IMG/VR virus record: IMGVR_UViG_3300030376_003947
Location: 1-46,218 of that record
Length of the DNA stretch: 46,218 nt
Strand: one strand, 5' to 3'
Source of the DNA: a virus
Lineage: Duplodnaviria; Caudoviricetes
Below, piece by piece: positions 16,173-26,200 of the stretch. The notes beneath the pieces were generated by a model. That model ran no database searches. It saw only the letters and a program-made list of their open reading frames with translations, and was not told the DNA's origin. The position numbers and the translations under genes were made by a program. Numbering within the stretch: the stretch's first letter is position 1; each line of letters opens with the position of its first letter.

Positions 16173-17846
16173 TTAATTTTGTGTTTTGTAGGTATTGTCG
16201 TATAATGGAGCTGTTAAATTCCAAGTATTAGCATCATTACCCAAAGCGTCTAATGTAGAAAAGTTATCAAAATTACTTGAGTTTAAATATGATTTTAACT
16301 TTTGCATTGTCATGTTGTCCATGTTTTTAGTATCGAACGATTGTGGAGCTGCGTCACCCACTTGAACAGTTAAAATACCATCTTTAGCCTTCATATCTAC
16401 ATCGTCATATTTACCATATTGCTCTTGTAAAGACTTAAACATTTCACCTTCACTTGTACCTAGATTTGTAGACATGTCAACAGCTTTAGCATCAAACTGT
16501 GTTCCAATACCTTGTGCAAAGCCTTCAAAAAGCTGATTTTTAAATGCTGTTTCTCTCTGTGTTTTAACAGTTTCAGCTGTTGGAAAATTAATTTCACCAC
16601 CCATAAAAGGCGTTTTTTCACCAGGCATTATAAAATATCTGTTTGCTTTTTTCATTTCTTCAGCTTGTCTTTTCTTATAAAAGTCAGCTGTAACTTCACC
16701 GTGATACTTACTATATCTATCTACAATAAATTCATTAATTCTAGTTTTGTTTTTATAATCTCTAGAACCATCTTGTAAAGTACCTTTTAAATAACCTGAT
16801 AACTCTTTTTCTGTTAAGCCACCTAACGGACCTTTGCTAGGGTCGTAAGTTACTTTAGTAGTGTATTCTCCATCTCTAGGATTATCTACAGTGTCTGGTA
16901 TACCATCTTTATCTCTATCATTTGCAAACCTTTCAGAGTCTTCTTGTGTTTGTGGTCCAGAAACGTTACGACCAACTTTTCTATATACAGATATATAAGA
17001 TTTGTTGTCATCTGTAGAATTTATATCTTCGTAATACTCTGGAGACAAACCACCACTAGCAAATTGTTTTGCAAAAGGATTGTCTATTCCGTCTTCAGAG
17101 TGGTCTTGGTTTATTAAGTCTTGAGCTTGCCAAAAACTAGCGCCTCTTAACTCAGTTCTTAAATTAGAACCAATAGTTTTAGCGCTAGTACCTGTTTTTT
17201 CAAACGCTATAGGCTTGCCTTGTGTACCTACAATGTTTGTATTCCAAGCGCCCATAACTTTTGATGTACCTGCATGCCATTTATCCATGCCTACAGGATC
17301 GTTTTTAACGTTAAAATAAACAAAACCATCTTTACTAGGATAACCTTCAGGTGCTTTTATTTTTCTCATAGGCACGCCGTCAACATTTACAATTTCAGAG
17401 TTTACACCTGCCTTGACAAAATATTCATCAGTTTCGTCATAACCAGGACCAAGCATGTGACCATTGTCTATGGTCATATGTGTGTTAGCACTAAATGTTT
17501 GAGCGGCATTAACGTTGTTTTGTACACTATTAACAACTTGATCTTGACCAACTTTGTCTTGACGTGCAAATATACTTTTTCCAAGCCTCATAATCGGACC
17601 TAAAAATTTCATAGCTTCCTGTGTATAACCTTGACTACCTTTAGGAGGCTTAGTATCAACTGATTTATCAAACTCATCATTTACTTTTTGTAAAGAATCT
17701 GCTGCAGCCTTTTTTTGCTGCATGTCCATACCTATCATTTGCTTTGCAAATTGACCAATTGCAGCTGAACGCGCAACACCTTCGCTTGCACCATATCTAG
17801 CCGCGTCAGCTTTTATTAATCCTAAATCTGCTTTTCCGAATGCCAT
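16173..17846 (-). CDS. Probable ejection/internal virion protein (557 aa)
   Basis: Middle gene of the small/medium/giant trio; helical N-terminus; one DRDKDGIPD Ca-binding-like loop. Confidence 0.55.
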   Translation of the reverse strand: MAFGKADLGLIKADAARYGASEGVARSAAIGQFAKQMIGMDMQQKKAAADSLQKVNDEFDKSVDTKPPKGSQGYTQEAMKFLGPIMRLGKSIFARQDKVGQDQVVNSVQNNVNAAQTFSANTHMTIDNGHMLGPGYDETDEYFVKAGVNSEIVNVDGVPMRKIKAPEGYPSKDGFVYFNVKNDPVGMDKWHAGTSKVMGAWNTNIVGTQGKPIAFEKTGTSAKTIGSNLRTELRGASFWQAQDLINQDHSEDGIDNPFAKQFASGGLSPEYYEDINSTDDNKSYISVYRKVGRNVSGPQTQEDSERFANDRDKDGIPDTVDNPRDGEYTTKVTYDPSKGPLGGLTEKELSGYLKGTLQDGSRDYKNKTRINEFIVDRYSKYHGEVTADFYKKRQAEEMKKANRYFIMPGEKTPFMGGEINFPTAETVKTQRETAFKNQLFEGFAQGIGTQFDAKAVDMSTNLGTSEGEMFKSLQEQYGKYDDVDMKAKDGILTVQVGDAAPQSFDTKNMDNMTMQKLKSYLNSSNFDNFSTLDALGNDANTWNLTAPLYDNTYKTQN

Positions 17847-17852
17847 ATTTTA

Positions 17853-18551
17853 TTATTTTTTCATTATTCCAGCGGTAAGCATAGTACCTATACCACCTAT
17901 CATTTGTTGTTGCGCCATCATTTTGTCTCTTTGCGCTGCGCCTAGCCTGTTAGCTTCCATACCAAGTATAGTACCTTGCTTGCTCTGTTCCATTTGCATC
18001 GATGCTAATTCACCTTTTGCCATAGCCATATCAACTGCTTGAGCGCCTTTAGCTTCAAGCATTTCGTTTCTAGCCATTTCTTGTGACGTCATCATATCTA
18101 TTTTAGCTTGGTTTTGAGCGGCCATTAAATTGTTTTTAGCTTCTTGCTGTCCTATAGAGGCAGAAGACTGTCTTGCAAACTTAGCGCTTGCGTTGGCCAT
18201 AGCTTGTGCCATACCAGCAACACCACTACCGCCAGCTGCGCCTTGCATGTTTTGCATTATATTAGCTTGACTTTGCTGAAACTGGTCTGCTTGAAACTCA
18301 GCTTGTTGTGTGTTAACTTCAAGGTCTGCCATAGCGTTATCCATGCCAGCAAATTGACTTTCCATGCCTGCAAATCTATTTTTCATATTGGCGTAAGGAT
18401 TACTAGTGTCCAAGCCTCTATATATATCCATTTGCTTTTTGTGTGCGGCTTTAGCGTCTTCAAGCTCTTTTCTTCTTGCACCAGTAAAATCAACGGCGCT
18501 AAGTGCTTGTACTGCACCACCCACCATACCAGCTATTAACAATGCGCTCAT
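17853..18551 (-). CDS. Probable small ejection (pilot-like) protein
   Basis: Ala/Gln/Met-rich coiled coil with Gly-rich hydrophobic ends, as in podovirus ejection proteins. Confidence 0.65.
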   Translation of the reverse strand: MSALLIAGMVGGAVQALSAVDFTGARRKELEDAKAAHKKQMDIYRGLDTSNPYANMKNRFAGMESQFAGMDNAMADLEVNTQQAEFQADQFQQSQANIMQNMQGAAGGSGVAGMAQAMANASAKFARQSSASIGQQEAKNNLMAAQNQAKIDMMTSQEMARNEMLEAKGAQAVDMAMAKGELASMQMEQSKQGTILGMEANRLGAAQRDKMMAQQQMIGGIGTMLTAGIMKK

Positions 18552-18587
18552 TTGTTTGTATTTTTAGTTAATATCATAATTCTATTG

Positions 18588-18614
18588 TTATATAGTTACA
18601 TTTTTTAGTGATTA
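18588..18614 (-). promoter_or_regulatory. Putative phage promoter upstream of the ejection-protein genes
   Basis: TAATCACTAaaaaATGTAActaTATAA; 20/27 identical to 39048-39074 with the same spacing. Confidence 0.65.
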
Positions 18615-18953
18615 TTTACTACTCATAGCTATTTCAGAGCTAACAGCAAATAACTCTGCTTTTGTAGTAGAATCGTTTTTCATTTTAACATCAGCATAGT
18701 AACCAGTAAGCTTAGCATTACCAACATCTGCTTTCTTAACAAAAAACACATAGTCACTAGTAGTAGGAAATACACTTGTAGTATCTATGTTAATAGTTAT
18801 TGTTTTTCTATCGTTAGATATACCTGTTACATCGCCAACATAATATACATCGTTAGATTGTTTTGTAAACACAGAGTCTCTAGCGTCAGCATTACCACCA
18901 ACCTGTAAAGATTTGTTTATTTCGTTTGCAAATGTTAAAGTTATTGTTGCCAT
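18612..18953 (-). CDS. Tail-associated protein (113 aa), resembling the C-terminal end of tail stabilisation proteins
   Basis: LTGYYADVKMKNDSTTKAELFAVSSE segment; position in the tail cluster. Confidence 0.55.
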   Translation of the reverse strand: MATITLTFANEINKSLQVGGNADARDSVFTKQSNDVYYVGDVTGISNDRKTITINIDTTSVFPTTSDYVFFVKKADVGNAKLTGYYADVKMKNDSTTKAELFAVSSEIAMSSK

Positions 18954-18954
18954 G

Positions 18955-20277
18955 TTATATTCCTAAATTATTACTATCTATTGCTGCCACACCGGCTGCT
19001 GTCGTGCCGCTACCGGTAGATGCAGGTGATCCAACAGATACCTGTTGAAAAGTTTGTACCGACCTAGTTGTGTGAGACACATATGCTTGTGTTGCTTGCT
19101 CTGCTGATAGTGAAACCACGTTTACAACGGCTGGCGAACTAAACTCAGTAAAGGTGTTACTAACGTTTTCTGTTAAAGTTATTGAAAAAGTTAAATCAGC
19201 TGTGCTATTGTTTTTTGGAAACTTTAAATAAATGTAGTATATTCCGTTAGCGTCTATAGTTTTTACACTGTTGTCAGGAACTAAAACGTGTGCAAAACCT
19301 ATTAGTTCTGTAGACGCCGCGCTTTGACCTACATTTAATGTTACAGTGTCAGGGTTTGCGTTTGCAACGCTAACAACCTTAACACCACTTGTAATTGATG
19401 TTCCACCACCCATAGAAACTATAGTCATACCTGGGTTAATAACAGTACCGTTTGCTGCGTTAGCAAGGTTTAGCGTTGTTTGATTTGTAACAGAGCTAGA
19501 CTCGTGGTTTAAGTTGTACGTTCCTGTTTTTACGCCTAATTTAAAAGTTGCTCCTGGATCGCCATAAACTATAAGTAATCTTGTTTCTGCTTTTTTATTT
19601 ATATTTCTTTTTGAAGGAAAGCTAATACTTGTTAAATCTACAAAAGAAGAGGCTTTTTTATTTGTTATTTCTTCAATGTTTTCACCAGGCGGTTTTACTA
19701 ATAATTCATAGCCATATATTTTGTTTTGAACACCTGTTAAATCAATAGTTGTATCAGCAGTAACGTTTATAGTGTCTGTTCCTTTTGTTTTTCTTAAACC
19801 AGCTTTGTGGGTAATAGTAAAAGTTCTTTTAATAAGTTCTGTAGTATTTTCATAAACATCAGTAGTTACAACTTTATAATTGTTTATGCTATGCACATCG
19901 TCAAAATTAATAACAGGGTTAGGACTTAGTATTCTACCTACTATTCTTTCAACAATAATATTAAACGTACTTGTTTCATTCACCCTACCACTAGTGTTAA
20001 AAGTGTTATCAGTGCTAATAAAGGTAACATTGTCATTGTTAGATATAGATACAGAAGCTCCAAATGTAACCTTTGATCTTCTTGCGCCTGAATAAACTTC
20101 GTCAACTACGTTTGTTACAAAATAATCTTGACCTAAAACTACTATTTTTTGACCAATTTTTATTTGAGGATTATTTGTAAAACGGTGCACCGTGTCTGTA
20201 GCCGTAACAACGCAAGTAGCTGTTGTGTTAATAGTAACATTACAACCTTGTTTATATATTTTTATTAATCCTGACAT
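18955..20277 (-). CDS. Beta-rich structural (tail) protein, 440 aa
   Basis: Thr/Val/Asn-rich; 1-nt gaps to both neighbours in the tail operon. Confidence 0.55.
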   Translation of the reverse strand: MSGLIKIYKQGCNVTINTTATCVVTATDTVHRFTNNPQIKIGQKIVVLGQDYFVTNVVDEVYSGARRSKVTFGASVSISNNDNVTFISTDNTFNTSGRVNETSTFNIIVERIVGRILSPNPVINFDDVHSINNYKVVTTDVYENTTELIKRTFTITHKAGLRKTKGTDTINVTADTTIDLTGVQNKIYGYELLVKPPGENIEEITNKKASSFVDLTSISFPSKRNINKKAETRLLIVYGDPGATFKLGVKTGTYNLNHESSSVTNQTTLNLANAANGTVINPGMTIVSMGGGTSITSGVKVVSVANANPDTVTLNVGQSAASTELIGFAHVLVPDNSVKTIDANGIYYIYLKFPKNNSTADLTFSITLTENVSNTFTEFSSPAVVNVVSLSAEQATQAYVSHTTRSVQTFQQVSVGSPASTGSGTTAAGVAAIDSNNLGI

Positions 20278-20278
20278 A

Positions 20279-23200
20279 TTATATTTGTTCTTGATAAGCT
20301 GATGCAGCTGTTATTGTTAGCGTTGACGTTGTTCTACTAGTTGGAAAACTAGATGATGAAATAGCGATATTTACTGCTATAGACCCATTGTTTTGTAAAG
20401 TTTTTGTTACAGTTCCACTAAAATTACTTATAGACTCAGCGTAAGAAAAAGTAAAATCATTTTCATCTAGCTTCCAAGGAATACCTTTTACAGTTTGAGG
20501 GTGTATATAAAACAAAGCATTATGCGTTATGCTAGCACCTTGCTCTTTATAAAATTTAACAGTGTTGGTTGTTGACAGAGTGTCAGAGGCTGAATTGTTA
20601 ATTATCCATTTTTTAGGATCTTTGTTAGCGGGTAGATCTACAGCTGTAATAACGTGTTGCGCAGCTGAAGTATTGCTATTGTAGTTTACAGCAGAAGGAT
20701 TACCTATACCTTGAACATTTAAAGCTTGTGTTTTTAACAAGTCTATGTCATTGTTTATTTTAGCACCCTGTATAAAGTTAAAATACTTTCCTTCTTTTTC
20801 TACAAATACCGGTACACTTCCTGACTCTTTGTCTGTTTTTATTGTTTCTGCAACCCAACCAGTATCACCTTCATATGTAATTGTTTTGAAAGTTTTCACA
20901 GAGTCTGGCTCTGTATTAAACACCAAGTCTATTGTAGAGTCATATTGATCACCATAAAAATTATTTCTAGTTAAGTTTTCACCATGCATGTATATCTCTC
21001 CAAGTTTAAAAGTAAAATAAGAGTTAGAGTACGATATACCGTCTTCAGGTATAAACGATTTAAAACTTGTCCAGCCGTTTACTTTTTCAGTAAAGCTTAA
21101 TGTTTGATTATTTAAAGTTATGTTGTAGTGATCTTTTAAAGAGTCATAAGAACCTTTTATTTCTAAAGAGTTATCTAAATTATCTCTAAAAAATTTAGAC
21201 ATACCTTTTTCAGCAATATTAGTTATACCGTCACCAGATAACCTTAAAACAGCACCTCTTTTTCTGTCAGCAAAATAACATCTATAGCCATAAGAAGCAA
21301 ATGACTCTGGGTTTTGTGATATACCATATTCACCTACAAATGGCACTACTTGCCCTAAAACTTTGTTAGTTGCCGTAAGTTGAGGGTTTCCGTCAGCATT
21401 AAACAAAGCGTCTTTACTAGCTAAAACTTTTAAAATTTTATCTTCGCATAAAACAACAACGTTTGTATTTCTTGTAAAAAGCTTTTGCACGCTACCATAA
21501 TCAGGATTTAAATCTTTAGTTATTTTTTCACCCTGTATAAATTGATTTAAATTGTTAAAGCTAGATCTAGAATTATATATACCTGAGTATATCAAACCAT
21601 TTATTTTTCTCTCTTCCTTATAATCAGTGTCAAGTATTGTAGAAACTCTAGGACCTTTGTCTATTGTAACAGCGTTAAAATCATCAAATATTCTATTAGA
21701 CTCAACACCATTTCCAAAAGCAAAACAATTGTAATAATTTAAAGTTGCTTTATTAACATCAACAGTGTTAACAACTACGCCGCCAGTTATTGTGATACCA
21801 CTACTTCTTGTTATTCCAGCGCCTAACGGCAAAATATCTTTTTCTAAAACAATATCTTGAGAATAAATAACGTTATTGTTTTGATCTTTTTTAAACACAG
21901 TTATAGTTTCTCCAGCTGGAATAGTTTTTAACACGTGGCTTGTTCCTATTTGAAAAAGGTCTGATTTGTTTTTTGAGTTAGCTGTAGACTTTGTTATAAC
22001 AGCACTGCTAGCCAAAGGATTGTCACCATCAGCTGTTCTATAACTTGTTTTAACACTCATACCACTTCTAATAATTAATCTAGTCAAAGGTGTTTCGTAA
22101 AACAAATTTAAATCTACTTTTTCTTTTGGCAACACTTCAAACACAGCTGGCGTATCGCTACTTATAGTGGCTTCACCAAAATCAATTTCACAAGCAGAAA
22201 AAGTTACACTGTTACTAGTTGCTGTTTTTTCTTTATTTGATTTTTGCTCAGCATTAGTAAAAGTTTTACCAGACGTGTATAAGTTAGTGCTTAATTCTAA
22301 AGGTGTTATAGATGCAGTTGATTGATTACTAGTTTCTTCAAGTGGGCTCCAAACAATACCTTTGTCTAGTTGTATGTCTATAACTAAAGCGTGCTCATAA
22401 TACTTACCTCTACCCGAACCAAGAGCCGCAGAAGTATCATCAACTCCAGTGTTTACAATACTACCATCGTCTTTAACAACTACAGAATTTTTAGCAGGCG
22501 CAACAACGCTTTTTCTAATTGTATAAACAGTATTTGTTGGGTCGTTTGGAAATCTAAATGTTTGACCTACTGTTGTAAGGTATAAATAAAAGTTATATAA
22601 AACACCTAAATTACCTTTTGTTTTGTCAAAACTATTTATACCTGTTATTTTAAAAGTACAGTTTGTTCTACCTATTTGCCAGCCATCACCTACATAAGGC
22701 AAAAATCGACCTACACTTGCTGGGTTATATTTAAAGCCAATACTTTGATCAATACAAATAATAGGATTTGTTGCTCCACCTGAGTTTGAAGGATTGTCAT
22801 AGTTTATTTCTTTCATACTATAACCGTTAATCATATCCTGACTATATACACTACTATTTAAAACACCTCTAGTTGTTCCACCAAACTTTACTCTTGTGTT
22901 TGTTCCGTTAATAGAAAGTGTAGCGGCATAAGCAACGCCACCTAGTGTCTCAGGGTTTAAACAAAAACCGTTACCATTTCTAGTTCCAGCTATACGCCTA
23001 GTGTTTGAACCATCAGACAGGCCAAAGTTTCTTCTAGCCTGTGTCCAACCATCATTTGTTCCTCCATTAAAATCTGTGTATTCAGATTGTGGTACAAGCG
23101 CAATGTCAAGTAGTTGTCTTAAATAGTCTGTAGATGTTGTCAAATTAGTATCAGCAATAATAGCATCGTTATTACCTTGATCTAACAGCCATGTTTGTGC

Positions 23201-26200
23201 ATAAAAAAGTTTTGCAGAATCTCTACTTTTAAAAGTGTTTATAGAGTCTTGTGTTTTATATATAAAGTCATTTATAAAACCATCTCTTTTTATTTGTATA
23301 AAAAATTTACCTTTAAACTCTTCACCGTAGTCGTCGGTGGTTTGTTTATAAAAATTACATTGAAGCTTTAAATCTTGTGGGTTAGGTAAAACAGTATTGT
23401 TTGCATCGTAAGAGTTAGGATCGATGTCTAATAGTTCTATTCTAGTTGCTTGAGGTGAATCACCAATAAACCTTATATCATCGCCAAAAGGTGTTTTTGT
23501 TTTAAAATAAAACATGTCTACAGCGTCTTTAAAGTATATCTCATCGTTATGAACTTGACTTATAGATTCGCTTAATACTATAGAACTATTACCACCGTTT
23601 ACGCTTGTTACAATTATAGTTTTTCCTTTATAAGTTAAAGAGTGTTCGCTATCAACAAGTCTCATACCTTTTTTAACTTTACCAATTGCTGTGGTAACAC
23701 TTGTGCCGTTTGATTGACTTGTAGCGCCAGGGAAAAAATTAACTGTTGACGTTGTTGTATTTCCTGTGTTAGATATTAATACAGCAATATTACCTCTTGA
23801 TGTAACACCTTGTGCTTCTGTTCCTGTAATTTTTTCTATAGCGGTCTTTTTGTATATTTCTGTTAACTCATATTTTTTAGAAACAGTACCATTTAAAGTA
23901 GATTTTATTTCAAAAAATCTATTGTCAATGTTATACCAAACGCCCGTGTTAGTTATATAAGAGTTAAACTCCTCTAACAGCTCAGTGTCTGTTCTAAGGT
24001 CAAACGCACTAATTAAAAAAGTTGAAGAACCTTTTGTAGGATATTTATATATTTGTTTTAAATACTTAGCATTTATATCACCGTTACCATCAGAACTTTC
24101 AACAACATCTCCAGCTGAAAAAGTTACAGAACTTGTACTTGATCCTACCTCTTCCATTTTAAATTTTAAGTGCGTAGGAACTTCTGCTTTCTTGTCAATA
24201 ACTTTATACTTTATAGTTGACCCAGCAGGAACATCAACGGCGTTTTCTGTGTCGTGCTCTTTTTTTATAGCTATATAATCGTTTTCATTAACCTTGTTTA
24301 TTTCAGACGAAGGAAAAGAAATCCAAACGTTTTCATCTTCTGTATCGCTATAAAAACGATCCATTGCTAAATTATAAAACTCATTAGAAGAATCTTTTAT
24401 ATAATATTTAAAATGTGTAGCCCAAGAAGGAGGCGACGACAACAAACTACATTGTATAGAGTTTTGAGTTTCAGACTTTTTTTGATCTAGTTTTATAATA
24501 CCAGTTTCGTTTGTAAAAACAGGTGTTTGTCTTCCGTAGTTGTCTAAAAACACAACACCAACTTGATAATCTCTAATTGATTTTAAAGATTTTAAAGGTA
24601 CATCACCTATTTCAGAGCTATTTAAAGAAACTTTAAATTTAACAGGAGTATTAAAATAATTGTATTGCTGCAAATAGTTTCCATATAAAAGTCTATTGCC
24701 AGTTATTTCTTGTGCTTTTGCTTTTCTAGGTACATTATCATAAGGTCTTAACATTTGATTTTCAGGAAGCAAAGACTTTATTTCTTCTGAAGTTATAATT
24801 ATTTCGTCGTTTGATTTTAAATCGTCAAGCTCAGAACCTTCTATAGTTCTTAATATATAAACATTTGTAGAGTTAGATTTTTTGTACAACAAGTCTATAG
24901 ACTTAACATCTTCTGGCATTTCTTTAACGCCAGACAAAGTAACTTTTCTAAGGTCGTTAACCATAGATTTATTATAACCTAGTTTAGAGTCGTAGTTGTA
25001 ACCTTCGTCGTTTTTAGGAATAAAAGCAACTTCTGTAAAAGGTGATATTGCAGAATACTCATTGTCTATATATTTATATCTATAAGAAAATCTTGCAAAC
25101 TCTTTTTCATATATAGCGTCTGGTTGTACTCTTTTAGAAATAAATTTTAAAGAGCTAATGTTGTCAATTATAGAATCATCTATAGATAATATTTCAGCTT
25201 CAAACATTTGTCTATTAGTTCCTGTACCAATTGTACCGCAAGCAACTTCTGTTGGCTCTATTTTTTTAACGCTAACATTGTCAATAGCTCCAGCCCAGTC
25301 TGTGTCATTAAAAAACATTAGCTCTGAGTTACTGTTGTGACTTCTTTGTTTAAAATAAACATTGTAAGTACCTGTTGCATGCGTAGGTAATAACAAGTGG
25401 TTAGAATGACCATAATCTGAGTCGTTAGCTGTTTGCAAATCATTAGTAGCTAATATAAGGTGTAATCTACCTTGATTACCTGAAGAACCACTAGAAGCAG
25501 TTGTTACTGTGTATGTTAGTTTGTAATATTCGTCAACAACAAGAGCTTCTGCTAAAACATTTCTAACGTAGCCTTCTGCTGAAGATGTTGATGTTAAAGT
25601 ACCACTGCTAACAAAAAAAGCAGCAGCAGAAGTTCCAATATCTGTAGTTCCAGTAGTTCCTGTATGCCAAGTTGTTAAATCTGAAAAATCACCATTAGCA
25701 ATTTTTTCATTACCAGTAATGCTAGCAGAAGTAACAACATCGTTAGTTGTAGGTATTAACTTGTTATTACTAACTTGTACTTTTTCTGTTAACTTTAAAG
25801 TTATATCAACAAACTTATCACTATCAAAGCTAACAGCGTTAACGTCTTCTGCTTGTAGTTTTATAATATCATTAACCTCGTAATTAGTTCCTCCGTAAAA
25901 CTGTATTGGCTGTATTTTTATAGGTCTTGGTTTTGTTAAGCAATTTATTTCATTTACTTTAACAGTTCCTACAGTGTTATCATTTGCAAAAATAGCAAGC
26001 ATACCATCTTCCCCACTAACAGCTTGTTTCCACGTAATACTTATTTCATGAGTACCAACATCAAAAACTCTAGCTTCACGGCCATTTAAACCGTTAAATG
26101 TTGTTTGATTTAAGTTACTGTTTTTTGATAAAAAACCTATAGTACCAGCTGTTGTAACAGTTATAGTAACTTCCATTCTATATATATGACCAGCTAATAA

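Noticed and set aside
16885-16925. DRDKDGIPD in the 557-aa protein as a catalytic DxDxD motif
   Set aside because: It looks more like a single TSP3/EF-like Ca-binding loop, with no surrounding enzyme motifs.
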